Counted from the first letter of the stretch, positions 39,674 to 52,495 are shown. The stretch is DNA of 64,000 bases from Octopus vulgaris (GCA_951406725.2 OX597826.1:42532001-42596000); one strand, 5' to 3'. Numbers and translations are program-made. Notes: generated from the sequence alone by a model not told the origin.

Positions 39674-40083
39674 GGCGTAGGAGTGGCTGTGTGGTAAGTA
39701 GCTTGTTTACCAACTACATGGTTCCGGGTTCAGTCCCAATGCGTGGCACCTTGGGCAAGTGTCTTCTACTATAGCCTCGGGCCGACCAAAGCCTTGTGAG
39801 TGGATTTGGTAGACGGAAACTGAAAGAAGCCCGTCGTATATATGTATATATATATATATGCGTGTGTGTGTTTGTGTGTCTGTGTTTGTCCCCCTAGCAT
39901 TGCTTGACAACTGATGCTGGTGTGTTTATATCCCCGTTACTTAGCGGTTCGGCAAAAAAAGACCGATAGAATAAGTACTGGGCTTACAAAAGAATAAGTC
40001 CCGGGGTCGATTTGCTCGATTAAAGGCGGTGCTCCAGCATGGCCGCAGTCAAATGACTGAAACAAGTAAAAGAGTAAAAGAGT
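39674..40083 (+). mobile_element. SINE family A, full length
   Basis: As 33170-33581. Confidence 0.92.
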
Positions 40084-40284
40084 ATATAATATTGTTATAT
40101 TATATTCATAGTATATCATGTAATATTATAATATAAATGAATTATTGGATTGTCAATAGTATCTCTCTATTTAATTTATCTTTGTAATTTGCATTATACC
40201 CATACTTATATGGTATTCAAATGACGTACCAGTGAATTGGATATTTAACACACCCCTTTGAAGGATCCTTTTCCTCAGTTCGTT

Positions 40285-40352
<68 letters not shown>

Positions 40353-40451
40353 TATATATTTGAACTCAGAACGTAGCGACGGGCGAAATACTGCTCAGTA
40401 TTTAGTCTAGCGCGCTAATGATTCTGTCAGCTCGCTGCCTTAATAATTATC

Positions 40452-40508
<57 letters not shown>

Positions 40509-40735
40509 GGGAGTATAACTCCAAACTTACAGGGAAAAATTCAATTTAGTATTAAATCAAATTTCACAATATAAATATATAAAATATAAATTAGAGATAA
40601 AACCACTATTATACAACTCAAACAGTGATAGACATAAACCAAAACATAAATAACAAATAAAATATATTTTTAAAAACATATAACTAGATCTCAAAAAGTA
40701 TAAAAATGAATAATCAATATATAATAAGTAAAAAA

Positions 40736-40838
40736 AACTACTTACGTTTCGTGGCTACAATTAAATTCGAATTACAATTAAATCTAAATTTAATTGAAAT
40801 GAATTCAATTTAAAATTATAGTCAATCTTCAGGTAAAC
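40736..40838 (-). ncRNA. Hammerhead-like motif with long stem-loop II
   Basis: CTGAAGA-ttgactataatt...aattgtagccac-GAAACGTA; stem I is imperfect. Confidence 0.5.
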
Positions 40839-41104
40839 AATAATAGTTAAATAAATAAACAAATAGAGTTAAACAATATTTATTTAAAAAATAAATAAAA
40901 TAATAATTTTTCTTATAGAAAAAACTCTATTCACTAAATTTGAAACTTAAAACATTAGGATTATCTCCTACAACACATTTATTATGTTAAATATTTAATA
41001 TTTAAGGTAAAAAAAAAAAGAGTAAATAGATAGAAATATGTATTTATCTGTGAAGATATAATTTAGCTTTAAAAACATTAATAAACTTACTGGTAATAGA
41101 AGAA

Positions 41105-42282
41105 TTGGTGACGCGCATCCTCGATGATAGTGATGCTGTTGACATCGTTTTATTGGACTTTGCCAAAACTTTTGACTCGGTAAACCACCGCCTATTACTT
41201 CAAGCATATAGTTTCCATCCGGATATTGTACGATGGGTTGCTGCCTTCCTCTCAGATCGCTCCTTCCAAGTCCAAGTTAATGGTTCGCGGTCCGACGTCT
41301 CCAGTGCGAGCAGTGGCGTGCCTCAAGGTTCAGTGCTTGGGCCTTTATTGTTCTTAGTCTTCATAAATGACTTGCCCGACGACCTCACGCAACACACCCT
41401 TCTATTTGCCGACGATGTCAAATTGGTCGCTCCTCGCGGTGATATAGAGGATTTTCGTCGATGCCTCCACCAAATTTGGAGGTGGTCTAACGAATGGGAC
41501 CTGTGTCTGAACGTGTCAAAGTGCTGTCATCTGCCTGTTGGCTCTCCTCCTGCAACTCAACTTGATTTCGAGCCGGGTCGTCTGCTGCTGGAGAGGACCG
41601 ATCAGGTAAAGGACCTGGGTATCTTGGTGGATTCCTCCATTTCGCCTTCGGCCCAGTGCGTCCATGCTGCCAACAAAGCACGCGGAATTCTGTTCTTGAT
41701 TCGACGGTCATTCGGAATGCTCACAGAAGCTATATTCCTACCGCTCTATGTCACGCTGGTGAGACCCATATTGGAGTACGGGATTCAAGCCTCTTCTCCT
41801 TATCTCCTCAAAGACATACAGCATCTCGAAAGAGTCCAGAAGCTGGCTACCCGCACGGTTCATGGTCTCAAGAATTTGTCTTTTGAAGAAAGGCTGAAGA
41901 CGCTCGACCTTTATTCTCTAGAAAAACGCCGCCGCCGTGGTGATCTCATTCTCGCTCACAACATCATAAGCGGAAAGTGTAACCCTCGAAAGAGCTGTTC
42001 TTCACTCCTGCTCCAGAGCGTCGGCTGCGGGGTCATTCCGAAAAGCTCTATCTGCGACGATTTCATCTCAATCGAAGGAGAGGGGCTTTCTCCGTCCGGG
42101 TTGCGGATCTGTGGAACCAGACGAGATGGTGAAGATGCCGACGACCGCTTTGTTCAAAGTCTCCCTTGACCACAAGTGGCCTGAACTCTTTACATGAACA
42201 CCACCCTGTACATAACTCCATGTCCCCCTACATGGCCTTGCTTTTTGCTTTTTGAGCCAAAAAATTAACTAAGTAACTAACA
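41105..42282 (+). pseudogene. 5'-truncated CR1-group LINE (reverse transcriptase and C-terminus)
   Basis: LDFAKTFDSVNH, SGVPQGSVLGPLLFLVFINDL, LFADDVKL, KDLGILVD, LERVQKLATR, LEKRRRRGDLI; frameshift near 41985; (TAAC)-like tail. Confidence 0.92.
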
Positions 42283-42649
42283 TAAATATTATAGATATCT
42301 ATAGAAAATATTTATGAAATACAATTTAAGAATTGAAAAATTCAAATTAAAAATGCATAACCTATCTTTATAAAATACTTATTATTAGTATTATCATCAC
42401 TATTATCAAAATCATTTTTACGATCTATATGTTATATGTTTATACGTTTATATGTTTATACGTTTATTGATAAAAAAATTTAGATATTTAATTACTATAT
42501 TTGTTGATTATAATTTAGACACTTATTTTTATGTATTTATTATTTTATAATTATTATATGCGAACTAAAATCTAAAAATATTAATAGTGATTATTTTGTT
42601 AAATAATTTGGCAATTAAATATTGGAGTATAACTGAGTTAGAGATATTC

Positions 42650-42945
42650 GATCAACACTAAGAAGGAAGAAATTTTATTTACATATATTTATTCCTTTTT
42701 GCCTGACAGGTAGTTAGAGACAGTAGTATTTGTAATGATAGTGAAATTTTTTCGATAGTGACCAAAAGGTTGCTGTCTACCAGTAGAGAGAGAAAGAGTA
42801 AGGAATGCATGGTGCTAACTAGAAAGGAAGAAAGGATAAAGGTGGCTCTGCTCTGATTGGCTGTATGCAAATGAGTTCATTACTGGGGTCCGGAAATCTG
42901 GTGGGAAAAAAATTTTGCAAGCCGTTCAAGCTGCTCGCAGTAAAT
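42650..42945 (-). mobile_element. LTR fragment related to 26703-27409
   Basis: Minus tactactgtctctaactacctgtcaggcaaa..aataaatatatgtaa..tttcttccttcttagtgttgat matches 27205-27302. Confidence 0.65.
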
Positions 42946-43485
42946 CTACTTTGTTACCGTATGTTTTAAGTCTGAAAGTTCAAAGTGGACTAAACCTTTG
43001 ATATCCAACCAAACAGACAACAACACCCTACGTGGGTAAATACCTTCTTTAGCCTGGGGTGCCGGTGTTTCTGCTTTCCCTACCCACTGTCTTCGGTGCT
43101 TGGCATTTTTAGAGAGAACCGACTTCTCGTCACCAGTTGCTATTCGGTCCAAAAATGTTCATTCGTGAGACGTGACAGCAAAGAAGAGCACACATTCACT
43201 CTCTGTGCGAGATTAAACTCGGAAAGTTTGTGAGGAACCCATTGACCCAATTTGCTGATTTTTCCGATTATACGGAAGTGTCAATGAGTGGTTGAAAGAC
43301 CAAATCTAAGATTTTCTGCTGGTTCCTCAACAGTTACGATAGAATTCTGTTCTATCAGGGTTTGCAGGACGTCTTCGTCGAGCTCTACAGATCTTCCGGA
43401 ACGAGGCTCGTCTACTAGGATGTAGCTTCTGGCTCGGATTTTCTGGAACCACCGTTGACACTGGCATATGCTTATTGCCCGATCC
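42946..43485 (-). pseudogene. Mariner transposase internal fragment (second family)
   Basis: QCQRWFQK..DEPRSGR..WVPH..DRIATGDEKSV..RVLLSVWLDIKGLVHFEL. Confidence 0.88.
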
Positions 43486-46400
43486 CAAGGATTTCTGGTA
43501 ACTATCCAGATACCCCGTCCAAAGGTTCGCCTAAACAGGTTGGTCAACTGACTTCCATCGACGCCCAGAGTCTCTCCCAAGACGTCGTCTGACATAAACT
43601 CTACCAGCCCGCTAAAGAAATCCGCTGTGGGACTCCTGTTGCCAGTATTGCCCACCAGAGGGAGCAGCTTGAGTGCCTGTCGACACTCTAACTGCCACTC
43701 GCCCTACCTAGGTCTACGCTTGATCCATGGACCAATATTCCGTAGGGATATCAATTGAGGAAAGAAAAACCTCACGTACGGTGACCACACCTGCTCACCA
43801 CCCAAGTAAAGCCAGAGGTGCCTAAGTCTTAGCGCGAATTTGCGCATCCTCAGCCACGGTATCCCTAGCCCACACTTTATCGGTTTTTGGCAGCAGACAG
43901 AGCGCCTTACCAGAGGTCCTCTTCCCTTCCACAAAAAGTGGAATAGGAGTCGTTCCAGCTTCTTCTTCCACAAATCGGGGCAAGGTACGACAGTCAGGCG
44001 GTAGGTGATAAAGGATACTATAAACACCCGTGCCACCTCCGCCCTTCTTGTCAGGGATAACGCCCTTCCAGACCAGATCCGGGTTAGGGCAATCACTCAA
44101 CCTGTAACCTCGCTCCAATTCTCTATCTGGAGGTCTGGACCGAACCCGACCCCTAGCATCTTAATCGGACCTTCCTTTCAACGTCCCACGACGTTATTGG
44201 GCGGCATCGATTTGTCCCTCCAGGTGCCGAGTTGCAAACCGACTGACTTGTCCTGATTAATTACTGCTCCTACCACCGCTTCGTATCCTTTGATGGCGTT
44301 TTCTACACTAGATAGCTGCCCTTCATCGGATACGATGATGGTGATGTCATCCGCGTACGCAGTAGCTGTTCTTCCGCCCTATAGATCATGCGAAACACCC
44401 CCTACCGCTTCCACCCTTCGCAGTAATGGCTCATGAGCCAGTACATACAAAAGTGGAGACAGGGGACATTCCTGGCGAACTGAGCTCTCAATATTGAACG
44501 GTTTCTTCTCGAAACCGTTCACCCGGACGACAGATGGTATGTTGCTGTACAAAGCAGCGATCCAGCCACGGAAAGTCGGGCCTAGCCCGGCCGCCTCGAG
44601 AACCGCCGCCAGATACCATGGTCGACCCTATCAAATGCTTTAGACTGGTCTAAATGCACCAGTGCCCCACCTTTGTCACAGATTTTACCCACCCTCTCTA
44701 AGGAGTAGCGTATGAGGTGGAGATTGTCGTGTATCGACCTACCTGGGATAGCGCAAGCTTGCACTTCACCAACAAGGTTTGCGCTTTTCCGACCCGCGCT
44801 AACCTCTTTGCTAGCTCATTGGCCAAAATCTTTAACTCTGTATTTAGCAGCGTTATGGGCCTAAAGTTATTTATGATAACCTCCTTGCTTGGGTCCTTTC
44901 TTATCAGCGTCACCCACCCCCGACTTGCAGCTTTAACTAATTCTCCTATTCTGCTGCCAGTTGGCATAGATGCTGACCAGTAGGTGCCCGAACAAGTCTG
45001 GCATGCTTTTATAAAACTCATAGGGAAAACATCAAGTCCCGGCAATTTGTCCCCGAGAGCAACTCGACAACCTCCGCAGCCGTGATCGGTCCTTCACAGC
45101 TCTCAGCCTCTCGTGCCAAGAGTCGCGGCCCACCAGCCAGGAAGTCTCGAAGGGCCTTACCATGTTCCAGCGCATCACCCCTCCCGAACAACTCATCAAA
45201 GTGCTTGTAAAAAACCTGACACATCCATTCTTGTCCTTCAGTCGAACGCCCATCTTCCTCAACCAAAGACCTAATCGTAGTATCATTTCCACGCAAGGTT
45301 TCTACCGAGCGTGCCCATCCGGCAACATTGATTTCTTCGCGGCCCAATGCATGAACTTTAGCCTAAACTCTGCACCCTTCATGTCTGGCATTGAGTTCTA
45401 AGGCCAAAATTTGGGAAGCAGAGCCCAATCTCAACGCCTCTTCTAATGCCTTAACTAAGTTCCCTTCTACTCTGGCCCTATCTAAACTTAGCTCCTGACT
45501 AAATCTGATAGTCTCAAATCAGATGGCTCTTTTAAGGGCAAACCACCACCTGTTATTTAACACGGCGCCAGTTAATGCCCTCATCACTAACTCCTTAATC
45601 CGGCTACGGTATGTCGCGCAAGCCAAAATAGATTTGTTAAGCTTCCAATTGCCGGATCCCTTTCTATATGCTTTATCTATGTGCATCCTATATGTCACTA
45701 ATTTGTGATCCGTGTAGGAGACCTGAAGAAATTATGGACAACTAAAACTAGCCTTATCTTTAATTCGCACCACTATCCTATCTATGTAAGACTTGAACGC
45801 CCCGTCGCCACTCATCCAGGTCCACACTGGAACGCTCGGGTGATCGAGTCTATGACGATCTGCCAGCTGAAAGCTCTAAAGCAGATCGGTGAAGCGTGAG
45901 TTAACACTCCTACCAGTCGAGCCACCGTTATCCAGACGTGCATCCCGGATAGCGTTGTAGTCTCCTAACACAACTAATCTTGGACGTCACGAGAAAACCC
46001 TCGAGGCACCGATAGAAATCAACCTGTTTACTTTCTACACCAGGTGCATAAAATCCGACCAACCTGAAAGCTTTATTGTTGTATGTTAAGTCAAGGACGA
46101 CCAGCACACCTTCAGGATCTATCAGGTCATCCCATAAATTCTGTCCGAATTTTTAATAAAGAAAACAAGTGATCAAATGTTATATTTAATTGAAATTTAA
46201 TCATCAATGTACTTTCCCTGATTATCTATGACTTCCTTCTATCTATTTACTAGCTTTTTAATCCCTTCAATGTAAAACTCTTTTGGTTTCAAAGCGAAGA
46301 ACTCTGAAATATCAATTTCAACCTCCTCCTGACTTGCGAAAGTTATGGCCCCCAAAGGATTCTGTAAACTACGAAACAAATGGTAGTCTGATGGAGTAAG

Positions 46401-47654
46401 GTAGGAGAATAAAGTGGATGATGAATTTTTTCCCAACCAAGCTCTTCGATCTTCTGTGATGTGATCTTTGCAGTGTGGGGTCGCGCATTGTCCTGATGAA
46501 ACATCACTCGATTCAGTAAAGCGGGTCTTTTTTCTTCAAAGCTTGGTTCAAACGCTCTAATTTCTGACAGTAGACTTGAGCATTGATTGTTGCATTAGGA
46601 AGTAACAATTCAAAGTGAATTACTCCTTTTCAATCCCACCAGATAGAGAGAAGAACCTTTTTCCCATAAAGTTTCCTTCTCGGTTGTGGTTGAGCTTTTT
46701 CCCTTTTACCAAGCCACTATTTACGACGTTTAACATTTCGATAGAAGATCCATTTTTCGTCATCAGTCACAAGTCTATCCAAAATGGTTGAAATGAGTTC
46801 GCGAGAAAGGAGAGAAGAGCAGATGTCAACTCGGGATTTGTAGTTGCTTTCGGACAATTCATGAGGCACCCATTTTACAAATTTAGAAACCTTTCCAAGT
46901 TGTTGAAGATGACGTTGTATGGTTTGAACTAAGCTTTATTGCCAATTCTTCAACTGATAATGCAGAATTTTCTTCAAGTAATGCCTCAAGGAGCTTCACA
47001 TCAAACTCAACTGGACGTCCTATTCGATCTTCATCTTCAAGGCTGAAATCTCCACTTCTGAATTGTGAAAACCATCTTCTGCAAGTTCTTTCATTTAAAC
47101 ATTCTTTCCCATAATCTGAGTGTATGTTCAGAGTCGCTTCGGTTGCAGAGTTTCCTTTTTTGTACCCATAAAGCATTATGTGCCTCAAATGCTCTTTGGT
47201 TACTTCCATGTTAGAAGGGGTTTTAATGAAAGAAATTTTAATTCTATTATTCTGTAAAATAATATTTAATTAGTTTAAAAGTACACTAATGCATAAAAAT
47301 AATTTTTAATTCCGTTAGACATTCTAAAATACTATTAAATTTCATTCAGTTTTAAAAAAAGGTAAAATTGGACCGAACTTATGGGATGACCTGATATAAA
47401 GACTGTACTTGTCTGCAGAGACAAGAATTTTCGAAGCAGAACAACTATTCTCCTCGACCTCCGGTCTGTCTAGGGGACATGATTTTCTCATAGCCATTCA
47501 AGAGAGTCGGAAAAGCTTGTAGCCTGTCCAGCTTGGTCTCTGTAGCAACCATCACATCTATATCTTGTGACTTGAGGTTGTCGAGAAAGCAAGATTGCTT
47601 CCACTTCGAGCTCAGGCCACGTACATTCAAACAACAAAGTTTAAGTGAAGCCAT
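43485..47654 (-). pseudogene. LINE ORF2: AP endonuclease and reverse transcriptase, frameshifted and interrupted by a mariner
   Basis: CLNVRGL..DVMVATETKL (APE); PGLD; NFRPITLLNTELKILA; GRSIHDNLHLIR; LDQSKAFDRVDH; YADD at 44346-44357. Confidence 0.92.
46122..47394 (-). mobile_element. Complete mariner element (1273 bp) with degenerate transposase
   Basis: TIRs tcaggtcatcccataa..tccgaa / gaccgaacttatgggatgacctga; TA duplicated; ORF from 47209 MEVTKEHLRHIMLY..WVPHEL..TDDEKW..HQDNARPH..PSDYHLF. Removing it restores LINE peptide STVFI|DPEG. Confidence 0.95.
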
Positions 47655-49088
47655 TGAAAAATAAAAAGGTTCCTACCTTTTTGTCGGGGAGGTAGGGGTC
47701 GACCTTGGTCTTTCTGAGGACCCCTCTCCCGTTGGTTTTTTTTTTTTTTTTTTTTGGTGTCTTTAGTTGTTTTGGCACCCTTGCTATCCGTCGGATGTCG
47801 ATCGGATGCCTTTCTTTTAGTTGTCTAAACATAGTCTCGGCTGTTTTAGTGAATCTCATAGATAAGTCCTTATGTTCTGGGTACATCTTTGTCGTATGGT
47901 GTAATGAGATCGTGGTATGTATCTATTGATTTTTAGGATTGTATTCCACCGTTATTTTTTTGTCTTCTTCATTAGTTTTTGGGGTTGAGGAGCGGGTTTT
48001 TTTCCTTTCTGTGTATGTAGTGGATGTGAGTTTTTTGGCGAGTGAGTTGTGAGTTGGGTAGTCAGAATGCATCTTTTTGCCCTTTTTTGGGCACTCACTT
48101 CGGATTTTCTCTCCTGGTCGTCTATTTCCATGTTGTCGCCAGGAAGGAGAATTTTACCTTTGGGCGATGATGTAGGCGTCGGTGTGGGTGTCGATGCGGG
48201 GGTGGGTAACTTCTTTTTTATCCTTTTTCTCTTCCTCATTTTCTGTGGTACTGGTTTCCAAGTGGGGTTCCTCTGTGGTAGAATGGCCACATTTGGCCCT
48301 TATGTGACCCTTCTGGCCGCATTTAAGACATCGAGGTTTCTTCCCTCGACCTGTATTTAAGACATCGAGGTTTCTTCCCTCGACCTGTATCCGTAGGGCG
48401 ACGTCTTCACCTACGAGCACTCTTTCCGGCATTTCCTCTAGGTCACATTGGGTTGCTTGTATTAACACCTCCACGCTCTTCCCAAGCCAATTTTGGGGAG
48501 CAGAGCGTGTGATCTGTAAATTATTCACTTTGTCTTCCCGGTTATAACAAAGGGAAGCTATTACCCAGGCGACATCAATTTCTGGTGGCACTTCTGTAAT
48601 TTTAATCCGGGACGTCCTTCGTCCTAGATAGGTTGCCAAAAGTGTCACCTCATCTGTTTTTAACGTTAACAATGAGTGCTCGCGGGCTTTCTCTATGCTG
48701 TGAAGCCTTACCTCTAAAGAGGCGTATTTTTTTCCTCGAGTCACGTAGGAGACATATCTCCAAATGGGTCCGAGGCATTTTTCTATTTTCTCCCGTGACA
48801 TATTTTCCATTTTGCGGTTTTCTACGTCGTAACTTTTATATATAATGGTTTTGCTCATAGTTTGTTTGGTTATATCGCCTGGCGAGGGAAGATTTGGATG
48901 TCGCTCCCACTTACTTTTAACATGCCGAAGTATGACTGTAGTTCTGTGCGTGGTATTTCTAGTATTTCTGTTTTGATTTTCGTAGCTACCGCGAATCCTT
49001 TTGTTATATTTGATACTTCCATCTCTTCCTGTGGTGTAACTTTGCTCTCAAAGAGCGAAATTTTTTCCTTAATAATTTCTACCGACAT
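47641..49088 (-). pseudogene. LINE ORF1 (gag-like, CCHC zinc knuckle), frameshifted
   Basis: PRCLKCGQKGHIRAKC; basic low-complexity C-terminal region; ends overlapping the ORF2 ATG. Confidence 0.88.
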
Positions 49089-49946
49089 GATAGAAAATAA
49101 TAAAAAATTTTGTCTTTCAGAGAGAAAAGAACAATGTTTTTTTGTTTGTTTTTCTTTTTGTAGGTAATACTCCAAAATAGTTTCAAATCCTTGCCCCCTG
49201 TCGGGGGAGGAACACAGTTTTAAATTAAAACAGTTCACAAATGTATAATTCAGTGAAAAAAAATTTGCAAAAGAAAATTTTCTCTCTTCGAAGAGGCACA
49301 CGAATAAACATTTCGAATCCTTCCCCTGTCGGGGCGGAACACAGTTTAATAAAAGCAGTTCACAAGTGTATAATTCAAAAGAAAAATTTTGTCTCGTCAG
49401 AGAAACACAACAATAAACTGTTCAAATCCATTCCCCGTCAGGGGAACGAACACAATTCAATAAAAATTGTCCAAAACAAACCATAGTTCATAACTGTAGT
49501 AAATATTCCAATCTTCCACACCCCCGTAGGGAGAAGGAACACAAGTTCAAAACCAACTGTAGCCTGCTTGGCAGGCTACAGTTTAACAAGGTAAACAATT
49601 CAACAATACCTTTGAAAAGGAAAATCAACAAAACACTTCTCGTTCAAATGAAGTTGCCGCTCGTACGACACAATTTGCGTACCTTGCCGACTGTTTTTCT
49701 TTATTTGGCACACAGGCCATGACACCTCAACCGGAATCAAAAATGATTTAACACTAACAAAATTACCTCGCTGATTGTATTTCCTTTATTCAGCCCGTAG
49801 GCCATAACATAGAGGGGACAGCACAAGGACAGACGAAACACTACTGTGGGGACAAGAAACACAGAACGAACGAATGAAGGATGGATAATAACAATGAGGA
49901 TGAAATGGTTCGCCTGCTCCTCATTCGCAGGCGGTATCATTTTAAA

Positions 49947-50175
49947 GGCGGCGAGCTGGCAGAAACGTTAGCATGCCGGGCGAAATGCTTAGCCGTATTT
50001 CGTCTGCCGTTACGTTGTGAGTTCAAATTCCGCCGAGGTCGACTTTGCCTTTCATCCTTTCGGGGTCGATAAATTAAGTACCAGTTACGCACTGGGTTCG
50101 ATGTAATCGACTTAATCCGTCTGTCTGTCCTTGTTTGTCTTCTGTGTTTAGCCCCTTGTGGGTAGTAAAGAAATA
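49947..50175 (+). mobile_element. Family B SINE (Tx1-like tail)
   Basis: TSD ggtatcattttaa (49933) / agtatcatttaa (50176). Confidence 0.9.
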
Positions 50176-50576
50176 AGTATCATTTAACTGTTTTTCGTTT
50201 AACGCTTATAAATCAGTTCTTTTTTCCTTTTTGCATCTGTTTTTACAGTTATTTAAAATTTTTAACTATTTACTTACTGTTTTTTTTTTACTATTTCATG
50301 TACGACAACAGGTCGACGTACTCTACTACTGGCGGCAAGTCGTCGAACTCGACGCGTACTCCCGTTGGGTCCATCGTCTTTCCGAACTGTTCTCGTAGTT
50401 TTTCACATCTCTCGTCGTCAATAACTATTGCTTTGATACTCTCTTGATAGTATTCCGTCGTTAGTCTCTCTCTTATTACTGATTTCATTTTTGTGATTTT
50501 CTTCTCTATCTCTGTACTTTTCGAATATGTTACTATACGCCATTTATGTTTTGGCTCTTTTTATTTATTTGTTTCT

Positions 50577-50807
50577 TATTTCTTTATTGCCCACAAGGGG
50601 CTAAACATAGAGGGGACAAACAAGGTCAGACAAACAGATTAAGTCAATTATATCGACCCCAGTGCGTAACTGGTACTTATTTAATCGACCCCGAAAGGAT
50701 GAAAGGCAAAGTCGCCCTCGGCGGAATTTGAACTCAGAATGTAGCGGCAGACGAAATACTGCTAAGCATTTCGCCCGGCGTGCTAACGTTTCTGCCAGCT
50801 CGCCGCC
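50577..50807 (-). mobile_element. Family B SINE (Tx1-like tail)
   Basis: TSD ttatttatttgtttct at 50561 and 50808. Confidence 0.9.
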
Positions 50808-51170
50808 TTATTTATTTGTTTCTGTAGTCCCACTTGTTTTTCCACGTTGGCTTCCTTTGATGTTGTTGGTGTCTCATGTTGTGCTTCCTATTTACTCTCC
50901 TTTCTTTTCTTTAGTGGACTCTTTGGCGGTGAGTTCACGTCTTCTTTCCTGGACACTTCTCACATACTAGGTTCTTGCTTCGGCATTTTGCTTCTGCTCG
51001 TCGCCCTGCTGCTGTTGTTCCTTTTCACTTTTATCGTCGTTCTGGGGACACCTTGCTCTCATGTGTCCCCTTACGCCACACTCTGGTAACATGTTGGAGG
51101 TCTTCCCTCCACTACTACTCTCAATTTCACCTCCTCCGCTATCTTATGCAAGATTGTAAACTGACTTGAA

Positions 51171-51583
51171 GGATCTTTTCAGTTTGAACGGCAGTTTTTT
51201 CTAGCGGTGTCATATGAAATTGTCACCCATAATTATGACCCTAGAATCGATCTATTGCATTTCAATCTGTTTTAAGGTTAGGGTTAGGGGTGAGGGAAGG
51301 GTATCTTTTTTTCTTCACAAATGTAAATAAACCCAATCTGTTTCTTAAACGAGGAACATATTCATACAGCACAGAATGCTTTTTAACTCAATAGACGTCA
51401 CTGATTGGTTGAAATTGCAGAAATGGAAGAAAAAAACAACAAATATCTTACAAACTATAGAATTTTCTCAATAAAGCCAAGAGAAAAAGATGTTTTATAA
51501 ATACATTCTACCAGTATACGAAGTTTAAAATTTTTTAATTACCTAGAAATTGTTAAAAACTGCCGTTCCAACCGAAAAGATCC
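51171..51583. mobile_element. MITE with ~28-bp TIRs, GG termini and ~8-bp TSD (Merlin-like)
   Basis: ggatcttttcagtttgaacggcagttttt / aaaaactgccgttccaaccgaaaagatcc; flanks gacttgaa / aacttgga; internal (TTAGGG)2. Confidence 0.8.
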
Positions 51584-52450
51584 AACTTGGATGACCACTT
51601 CGAGGTCTTAGCCCCATCAGTTTACCTCTTTCTCCTTCGTCACTTTCAACACCTTCACATCCTCCTCCATATTATACAGGATGGCTGCCACCAGCCATGC
51701 CTCCTCAATCTCTGGGGGTACTCTGCCAATCCTTACTTTGGCCACTCGTTTGCAACAGTAAGTCGGCAGAAGTACCCACTCTGGTATCCTTAGCGCCACA
51801 GTGGAGTGGTTTATTGCTTCTTGCTCACTAGCGTATTTCCATCCTCTCGTGTAAAATGTTGTAAGGCTTTTTACCTCCTTTAAACATTCCTCTATAGCCT
51901 CTACCCTGGCTATTTCTACGTTTTTTTCGATGTCGTGGACAGCGTTCTATACACCACTGTCCGCTTCATCACTCTCGCTGTTAAATTTTCTAGCGGTGTC
52001 AACCTCAAACTGGTTCCATCTTTCTCTATGAGTCTGTTGAATTCCTTCAACTTCCTCTGCTCCATCTTTATCTCTCGTACCAACAACACATCAGCTGTCA
52101 AACTTCTTCCAGTGGCTGAAGCATAGCTGCCGGCTGGAACTGGCTTGCACTCCATCCTCTGCTTCTTGTCTGCTTCACCCATGAATGGGGAAGAAAACAA
52201 TTGTAATTTCATAGACAAAAATAGCAACAACAATTCAACAGTTTAATAATGATACTCAACAAGTAAGTTCACCCTTACGAAAGACCTTCAACAAGTATAT
52301 AACAATTTAACTCACAGGGATCAAAAATGATTAAAAAAAACACCAAAAATAGCTCGCATGAAGCATAATGGAATGATGTAAACACAAGTTAAGACAATAA
52401 CATATGAAAAATATTATTTATTTCAAATATTTATATACATTATATATTAC

Positions 52451-52495
<45 letters not shown>

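Larger units (their letters stand above)
43485..49700 (-). mobile_element. Near full-length decayed Tx1/L1-clade LINE (3' end lost)
   Basis: Repeat-containing 5'UTR, gag-like ORF1 with CCHC, and ORF2 with APE and RT domains. Confidence 0.92.
49778..52390 (-). mobile_element. ORF1-only (half-LINE-like) Tx1 relative, interrupted by two SINEs and a MITE
   Basis: KRTVVYRT; LLPTYCCKRVAKVRIGRVPPEIEEAWLVAAILYN aligns with LLATYLGRRTSRIKITEVPPEIDVAWVIASLCYN of the adjacent ORF1; VEGRPPTC..CGVRGHMRARC at ~51040-51115; stop at 50291, then a short UTR and LINE-type tail with AATAAA; no ORF2. Confidence 0.75.

Noticed and set aside
51275-51292. Interstitial telomere
   Set aside because: Only two TTAGGG units, located inside a MITE.
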